Source: Planctomycetota bacterium
Lineage (GTDB): Bacteria > Planctomycetota > UBA1135 > GCA-002686595
DNA: 64,000 nucleotides
Direction of reading: 5' to 3'
Assembly (NCBI GenBank): GCA_029250885.1
Contig: JAQXEK010000002.1
Coordinates: 107,518-171,517, forward strand
The translations under genes were made by a program, and so were the position numbers. This document shows, in pieces, positions 58,419-64,000 of the stretch. Positions within the stretch are counted from its first letter, which is position 1, and every line of letters starts with the position of its first letter. The notes under the pieces were generated by a model. That model searched no databases. It was given only the letters and a program-made list of their open reading frames with translations, and had not been told where the DNA came from.

Positions 58419-59531
58419 ATGCTCTGGATTCCTGGCCCCACCGAAGTCCGTCCCGAGATCCTTGCCGAGTGTGCGCGCCCCATGATTGGGCACCGTTCGA
58501 AGGCTTGTACGGACTTGATCGATCGGCTAAACCCCGGTTTGCGTTTCGCATTCGGGCTGCAATCGGACTCGACCGCCACCGTTGCGGTGCACACCTGCAG
58601 CGCGACCGGGCTGATGGAGGCCGCCCTGCGCGGCGCCGGTCCGCGTATCTTGTCCGTGGTCGGCGGAGCCTTCGCCAAGCGCTGGGGCGAGATTGCCATC
58701 AGCCTGGGCAAGCAGGTCGTGATTCTCGATGTCGAGTGGGGCCGCGCGGTCGCACCTGCGGATCTGCGCCGATGCCTTGAGGAGCACGGGCCCTTCGACG
58801 CGGTGACCCTCGTCTCGAACGAGACTTCGACTGGGACCCGCACAGACCTGGGCTCCGTGTCCGATGTACTCGACGACTTTCCCGGCACGCAGCTCTTTGT
58901 AGACCTCGTCAGCTACATCGCCGGTGCCCCCGTGGACTTCGACGTGAATCGGCTGGATTTCGGCCTGGCCGGCGTACAGAAGGCCTTCGCCCTGCCCCCG
59001 GGTATCGGCGTCTGCTGCGTGTCCGAGCGCTATCTCGAAGGCGCGCGCAAGGCGACCAACCGGGGCTTCTATCTGGACCCCGTCTCCTTTATCGACGGCC
59101 ACACCAAGAACAAGACCCCCTCGACGCCAGCCATCGGCCTGTACTACGCCCTGGCGAAGCAGCTCGAGGACATCAGCTCGGGCGCGACCTTGCCTAAGTG
59201 CGACGCGGGCAAGACCGGCGCTGCCGCCTGGCAGGCGCGCTTCGCCAAGCACAAGCGTATGCAAGAGCGCACGGCCACTTGGGCTACCAGCCACAATCTT
59301 GAGCTGCTGCCGCCGATGGCCGAGGCCTCGCCGACCGTGAGCTGCATCCGCGCGGGCCACGTGGACGTGGCGGCCTTCGCAGCCGCTCTCAAGACAAAAG
59401 GCTTCGAGATTAGTAATGGCTACGGCCCCCTAAAGGGCGCGACCTTCCGCATTGGGCACATGGGAGATCACACCGAGGCCGGCCTGGAGACCCTGTTGCA
59501 AGCGGCGGACGAGGCGCTCGGCGAGCTCTAG
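58419..59531 (+). CDS. Class V aminotransferase (phosphoserine aminotransferase / serine-glyoxylate-type)
   Basis: N-terminus MLWIPGPTEVRPEIL typical of AGXT/archaeal-type PSAT; PLP-lysine region; follows serA-serB. Confidence 0.7.
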   Translation: MLWIPGPTEVRPEILAECARPMIGHRSKACTDLIDRLNPGLRFAFGLQSDSTATVAVHTCSATGLMEAALRGAGPRILSVVGGAFAKRWGEIAISLGKQVVILDVEWGRAVAPADLRRCLEEHGPFDAVTLVSNETSTGTRTDLGSVSDVLDDFPGTQLFVDLVSYIAGAPVDFDVNRLDFGLAGVQKAFALPPGIGVCCVSERYLEGARKATNRGFYLDPVSFIDGHTKNKTPSTPAIGLYYALAKQLEDISSGATLPKCDAGKTGAAAWQARFAKHKRMQERTATWATSHNLELLPPMAEASPTVSCIRAGHVDVAAFAAALKTKGFEISNGYGPLKGATFRIGHMGDHTEAGLETLLQAADEALGEL

Positions 59532-59625
59532 CCCCGGGGCCTAGATGATTCGTGGAAATGGTTGAACCCTATATGCCCAACGGCGTTAATCGGCACCTAT
59601 GGTGCCGCTTGCCATTTGCCTAACC

Positions 59626-59642
59626 TGATAACGATAAGATCG
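59626..59642 (+). promoter_or_regulatory. Putative Fur-type box upstream of the TonB-dependent receptor
   Basis: TGATAACGATAAGATCG resembles the GATAAT-hexamer Fur consensus; it lies 8 bp upstream of the receptor start. Confidence 0.35.
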
Positions 59643-59649
59643 CCTCCCC

Positions 59650-61749
59650 ATGCTCCTTGCGCTTCCCCAGGACGCTCCCGCGTCCGAGAGTTTTGTCTAC
59701 GCCCCGCGGTCCGAGACCGTGGCCTCTGCCCCAGCCGCCAACGTGTCTACCGTCTTGGGGGATGACCTTCGCGCCACGGGCAAGCGCTCTCTGGCCAAGG
59801 CTCTTGAGGTTGCGGCGGGCCCAGGCGTCTGGGTTCAAGAGACCAACATGGGCGGCGGCTCGGCCTTCATTCGAGGTCTGACCGGCAACCAGGTCCTGAT
59901 CATGGTAGACGGCGTCCGGTTAAACGACTCGACAACGAGGTTCGGTCCAAACCAGGTCCTCAACACCATCGATCCGGCGATCGTCGAGCGCATTGAGGTC
60001 ACCCGCGGGCCGTCTTCGGTGCTCTATGGGTCGGACGCTATTGGTGGTGTGATCTCAATCTTCACGCGGCGTATGGCGCCCCTCGGTGGGGATGGCTCCC
60101 AGGACGGCGGCAACTTTGGTGCTGCCGATGCAACCCTAGATCTCGCCCTCGACAGCTCAGTAATGGGCGGACGCCTGTCGCCTGTCTTTGGCTTTGCGGA
60201 CTCGGACGACGGGTACCTGTTCGTCGCTAGCTTCTATGACTACAACGACCTAAACACCGGCGGCCCGGGCAAGGCGGATGCGACGGCTTACCACGGCGAG
60301 TCAGCCTTTGGATCTTGGGACAAGGACTATGGCGACGGAACCAGCTGGCGTGCATCTGCTTGGATCCACCGGGACATGGATGTGCCGCGCACGGACAAGC
60401 TTGTGGCGGGCTATGGACAGGCGAACCCGAAGAACGACGTTTATGACTTTGCCCTGCAGGACCGGCGCTCGGCGTTGATGGCCTTCTCGGACACAACCGG
60501 GGGCCTTTTCGGGGACGAGTTTCAGCTGCGCTTCTCCCTGCGCCGCTACGAAGAGCGGCGCATCAAGCAGGGCTTCGCATCCACGCGCTCGACCTTCGAG
60601 AGGGACGAGACAGAAACCGTGGGCATTGGCATGGACTGGAAGCGCGCGATTGGTGACGCGCACCTGTTGACCTATGGCTTGGATCTTGATTTCGATCGTG
60701 TCTCCTCGATCCGCCGAGACACGGAGACCACCACTGGGGTGGTAACCCCGAAGGACGGGCAGTTCGCTCCAGATGCCGAATACCTAGCGATGGGGCTGTT
60801 TATTCAGGACGAGATCTTTGCCTTCGACGACTACGACGTAACCGTGGGCGCGCGCTTTTCGGCCTATAGCTTTTCCTTCGACGGCTTCGGTGGAGGTGCG
60901 GATGAGTCCGGCAACTTCAACTCGTTAACGACTAGCTTGCAGGTAGGCCGCGAGGTCGCTCCTGGCCACCGCTTGACCGCAACCCTGGCCCAGGGCTTCC
61001 GCGCTCCGAACCTAGACGACCTCGCCAAGGATGGGGACTTCGGTGGGGGAACCGAGCTACCCAATGCGGATCTAGATCCCGAGCAGAGCCTCACGGCCGA
61101 GCTGGCTTACGGTTACCGGGCCGAGAGTTTCTCCCTGGACGGCGCGGTCTTCGGCACGGAGATTCGCGATGTGGTGGGACGAAGGCTGACCGACGAAGGC
61201 GTGGTCGGCGTCCCCGGCGACGAGACCTACCTGCGCGACAACGCGGGCGACGTGCGCTTGTTTGGCGTTGAGTTTGCGGCCGAGAAGACCCTGGGGAATG
61301 GACCCTATAGCGTGGATGCGGGGCTGGCCTTCGTGCGCGGTCGCCAGCACGACGACACGTTCGATGCGGTTGCTGGCGAAGCGCCCTTCGACGGTGTCGA
61401 CTGGAGGCGTGTGCCGCCTTTGCACGGAACTGCGGGCATAAATTGGAGGCCCGCCCTGGGGCGGGAGGTGGCCGGTGTTCGCGTGGACGAGGCGCGCTTT
61501 GGCATCGACTGGGCCGACACCCAGGACAAGCTGCACCCCGGTGACAAGAGCGACGCCCGCATCAACCCGAATGGGACCGCCGGCTGGGCGCGCTTTGACC
61601 TGGACGTATTTGGTCCCCTAGGGCATACCGGCGACAGCCGCTGGAGCCTGGGTCTGCACAATCTATTCGACGCGAATTACCGTATTCACGGTTCCGGTGT
61701 CGATGCACCGGGGTTGACTTTGGCTGTCGGGTTACACTGGAGCCTGTGA
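59650..61749 (+). CDS. TonB-dependent outer-membrane receptor
   Basis: Plug domain (VWVQETNMGGGSAFIRG, DGVRLND), a 22-strand barrel region, C-terminal aromatic terminus. No clear signal peptide at the tracked start. Confidence 0.8.
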   Translation: MLLALPQDAPASESFVYAPRSETVASAPAANVSTVLGDDLRATGKRSLAKALEVAAGPGVWVQETNMGGGSAFIRGLTGNQVLIMVDGVRLNDSTTRFGPNQVLNTIDPAIVERIEVTRGPSSVLYGSDAIGGVISIFTRRMAPLGGDGSQDGGNFGAADATLDLALDSSVMGGRLSPVFGFADSDDGYLFVASFYDYNDLNTGGPGKADATAYHGESAFGSWDKDYGDGTSWRASAWIHRDMDVPRTDKLVAGYGQANPKNDVYDFALQDRRSALMAFSDTTGGLFGDEFQLRFSLRRYEERRIKQGFASTRSTFERDETETVGIGMDWKRAIGDAHLLTYGLDLDFDRVSSIRRDTETTTGVVTPKDGQFAPDAEYLAMGLFIQDEIFAFDDYDVTVGARFSAYSFSFDGFGGGADESGNFNSLTTSLQVGREVAPGHRLTATLAQGFRAPNLDDLAKDGDFGGGTELPNADLDPEQSLTAELAYGYRAESFSLDGAVFGTEIRDVVGRRLTDEGVVGVPGDETYLRDNAGDVRLFGVEFAAEKTLGNGPYSVDAGLAFVRGRQHDDTFDAVAGEAPFDGVDWRRVPPLHGTAGINWRPALGREVAGVRVDEARFGIDWADTQDKLHPGDKSDARINPNGTAGWARFDLDVFGPLGHTGDSRWSLGLHNLFDANYRIHGSGVDAPGLTLAVGLHWSL

Positions 61750-62546
61750 CTGAGAAGCTAACCAAGACCCCCAAGCTTTCGGAAAAGCATGGGAAGAGAA
61801 GAGAGCGCAAGACCAAAGGTAGCCTTGCCCTCTCAGTCTTTCTTCATGGACTGCTTGGCGCGAGCTTGGTTGGCGTCAGCTTCTATGCTGGGTCACCCCA
61901 GAAGCCAAGGCGGATTTTCGAGCTCACCTTTGGGGAGCCCCCAGAGACTGCCGTCATTGCCAAAGCCGAAGTTGAGGTCTTGGACTCTGCTCCCTTGGTT
62001 CCTGAAGAGATCAGCGAGAGGGATCTGGTCGACGGGACCTTGCTTGAGACTCCTCAACCCCTGCCGGACACGACCATATTGCCCGAGCAGTACGAGTTGA
62101 CCCCGGTCGAGGACTGGACCAGTCAGCAGTTGGATGACATGTTTCAGGCTAGGGACGCTGGCATTAGCCTGCTGCCGGTCGAAGTTGAGCTAGCCGAGAG
62201 CCAAGACGAGACCGCAGGAGAGTTAGAAGACGAGCAACCTAATGCGGAGCAGGCAGACCCGGAATTTAGCGACGATGTCGAACCCCGGATTCCCCTGCGC
62301 ATCGAGGGCGAGGACCCGGATTACCCCCGACTTAGCTCGAGACTTAAGGAGCAGGGCGACGTGATTCTGCGCTTGACTCTGGACGACGAGGGTCGAGTGC
62401 GCGGAGTCGAGCTGCTGGAGAGCTCTGGTTACATTCGCTTGGACGAAGCTGCAATGTCGGCCGCGCCCAAGTGGCGCTTTGATTTGACTGTAGAGGGGGT
62501 TTTGCGGTGTTTTGATCACACCGTGCACTTCCAGCTGGCCCGCTGA
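61746..62546 (+). CDS. TonB-family energy transducer (C-terminal TonB domain)
   Basis: N-terminal TM segment, a Pro/Glu-rich spacer, and C-terminal DYPRLSSRLKEQGDVILRLTLDDEGRV. Overlaps the receptor stop by 4 nt. Confidence 0.7.
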   Translation: MTEKLTKTPKLSEKHGKRRERKTKGSLALSVFLHGLLGASLVGVSFYAGSPQKPRRIFELTFGEPPETAVIAKAEVEVLDSAPLVPEEISERDLVDGTLLETPQPLPDTTILPEQYELTPVEDWTSQQLDDMFQARDAGISLLPVEVELAESQDETAGELEDEQPNAEQADPEFSDDVEPRIPLRIEGEDPDYPRLSSRLKEQGDVILRLTLDDEGRVRGVELLESSGYIRLDEAAMSAAPKWRFDLTVEGVLRCFDHTVHFQLAR

Positions 62547-62625
62547 CCTTCACTTTCCGTAAGTTTGGAAGTGGCTTGCAATCTTCACATCGAAAGTGGC
62601 TTGACAGATCGCGAACAATAAACCA

Positions 62626-62934
62626 ATGTCCGATCAGATGGTCCCCCTGAAACTAGGAATTGACTCCAAGAGCAAGCCGATGCGCGTCGCGTTTCTGCTG
62701 GCTCTTATCGTCCTAGTCGTCTCGATTACGGGTCCCGTGCACATGGCGTTCCATGGGGGCGATGCCGAAGACCCTTGTAGTGCCTGCCATCAGGCTTCCA
62801 CGGAATTTGACCACGAGCTAGGACTTCTAGTTGATGTGGGCAGTGCCCAGAGCTGTGAGGAGGCCTTTCTCTTTGAGAGGATCGTCGCGCCCTGCCTTGG
62901 GCAGATTGCGCCACGCGCACCACCCCTTGGCTAG
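62626..62934 (+). CDS. Small membrane-anchored Cys-containing protein, hypothetical
   Basis: 102-aa ORF; TM segment (VAFLLALIVLVVSI), 4 Cys plus a His cluster (CSACHQ). Sits between TonB and a His-rich outer-membrane gene. Confidence 0.35.
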   Translation: MSDQMVPLKLGIDSKSKPMRVAFLLALIVLVVSITGPVHMAFHGGDAEDPCSACHQASTEFDHELGLLVDVGSAQSCEEAFLFERIVAPCLGQIAPRAPPLG

Positions 62935-63251
62935 GACTGGCTAGCAGAGTTTGCTTCCGGCGGTGTCCTTCACGGGTGCCGTGTATGGATGCTTGGGTCG
63001 TTGCGCTTCGCTGGGTGAGAGTCTCATCCCAGCCAGCCATTTGCCCCTTGGCTAGCTTGTTCCTCCGCCCTGGGCCTTTGGCCCAGGGCGAAAATAGACG
63101 CACGTACATCTAGTTGGATTGCCTGCGTCTGCCAAATGGAAAGGCCCTCCAGTTGAGAGGGCCAAAATGCGAGCTGACGTATCCTGCCACTGTTCCCCTG
63201 TTTCATTTCGATGGGGGATAGGGCCGCGGCTCCACACCAAGAACACGAACC

Positions 63252-64000
63252 ATGAACTCGTTACCTATCTTCTTCGTTTCCCTCTGTGGGATGACCACTT
63301 CCGTCGCCTTCGCCCAGGACTTCCAGTCCCCGGGTATGCCCAGAACCGGCAACACTTCCGGACAGTCCGGACGCTTTGACAACAGCTTCAACCCCGCCAT
63401 CGGCCTTACCCTGGACCTGTCGGGACTTTACACCGACGCTGCTGGATCCTCGAATGACGGCATCGACCTAGAGCTTCGATCGGCTGAGCTCTCTTTTGGA
63501 GCTTGGGTGGATCCCACCGCCCACGCCTACGCCAACTTTAATTACGTTGGGGATGAGCTAGAGCTTGAGGAAGCCGCAGCTACTTATGTTGGGTGGGATG
63601 GCAACGCCACCATGAAGGCGGGTCGCTTCTTCGTGGACTTCGGCAAGCAGATGCAGGCCCACATCCACTCACTCCGGACCTACGACCGACCGGCTGTCCT
63701 GCGTACTTTCCTAGGAGAGGAGCTCGGTGGCGACGGAGTCCAGTACAACGATTGGACTACGATGGGGGATTCCACCGTGGTTCGCTGGTCCCTAGGCGCG
63801 TTTGGCGCTCTGGTGCCCCACTCCCACGGCCACGAGGGCGACGAGCACGAGGGCGCAGGAGGTCCGGAGTTTGCCAGCGAGCCGATCTTCCGCCCTGACC
63901 TGGATGAGCTAGCCCTGACCGCAAGGCTCACGGGTTTTGCGGATGTATCCGAAGCGAGCACCCTGCAGCTTGGTGCATCTGTCCGCTACCTGCCCGGCTT
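63252..64000 (+). CDS. Secreted/outer-membrane protein with His-rich metal-binding stretch (3' end beyond the window)
   Basis: Open frame from the ATG at 63252 to the window end with no stop. Signal peptide MNSLPIFFVSLCGMTTSVAFAQ; alternating beta-strand-like pattern; HSHGHEGDEHEG cluster. Confidence 0.55.
   Translation, partial: MNSLPIFFVSLCGMTTSVAFAQDFQSPGMPRTGNTSGQSGRFDNSFNPAIGLTLDLSGLYTDAAGSSNDGIDLELRSAELSFGAWVDPTAHAYANFNYVGDELELEEAAATYVGWDGNATMKAGRFFVDFGKQMQAHIHSLRTYDRPAVLRTFLGEELGGDGVQYNDWTTMGDSTVVRWSLGAFGALVPHSHGHEGDEHEGAGGPEFASEPIFRPDLDELALTARLTGFADVSEASTLQLGASVRYLPG

Noticed and set aside
59562-59765. 67-aa ORF upstream of and overlapping the TonB-dependent receptor start
   Set aside because: It lies in a different frame across the receptor start, and the region is better explained as promoter plus Fur-like box.

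Overview
High-GC (~65%) bacterial chromosomal segment with about 50 protein genes, one tRNA, and no recognisable mobile-element genes or CRISPR array. Gene content (two sulfatase-family genes, a DUF1570-like protein, HEAT-repeat protein, giant O-antigen-ligase/TPR membrane protein, many secreted hypotheticals) resembles Planctomycetota/Verrucomicrobia-like or Myxococcota-like genomes, but that is only an impression. The window opens inside a nonribosomal peptide synthetase (NRPS) gene that ends in a thioester-reductase domain. Directly downstream and divergent from each other are asd and a fused aspartokinase-homoserine dehydrogenase that appears to lack ACT regulatory domains, followed by a decayed fragment of a MetB/MetY-type gene. 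The rest is mostly housekeeping: ispF/ispD (convergent), ruvC, yciB, nadC, purB, a thiD-like kinase, rsfS, H+-pyrophosphatase hppA, a NfeD-flotillin pair, a tetR-controlled RND efflux operon, a contiguous serA-serB-serC(class V) serine operon, and a TonB-dependent receptor/TonB/His-rich outer-membrane protein locus. Sites that look most accessory or unusual: (i) the NRPS-R/asd/ACT-less AK-HSD neighbourhood; (ii) an operon of three secreted proteins (lipoprotein, HEAT-repeat, DUF1570-like); (iii) a 340-aa hypothetical with a degenerate nuclease-like motif next to a MinD/ParA ATPase; (iv) a K+ channel with a C-terminal zinc ribbon; (v) a poly-C-rich, repeat-containing non-coding stretch upstream of tRNA-Gly(GCC), followed by a ~1.2-kb lower-GC islet with one membrane-anchored hypothetical. 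No single clearly novel multi-gene system could be established from sequence alone; candidates are ranked in the findings with the test that would decide each.
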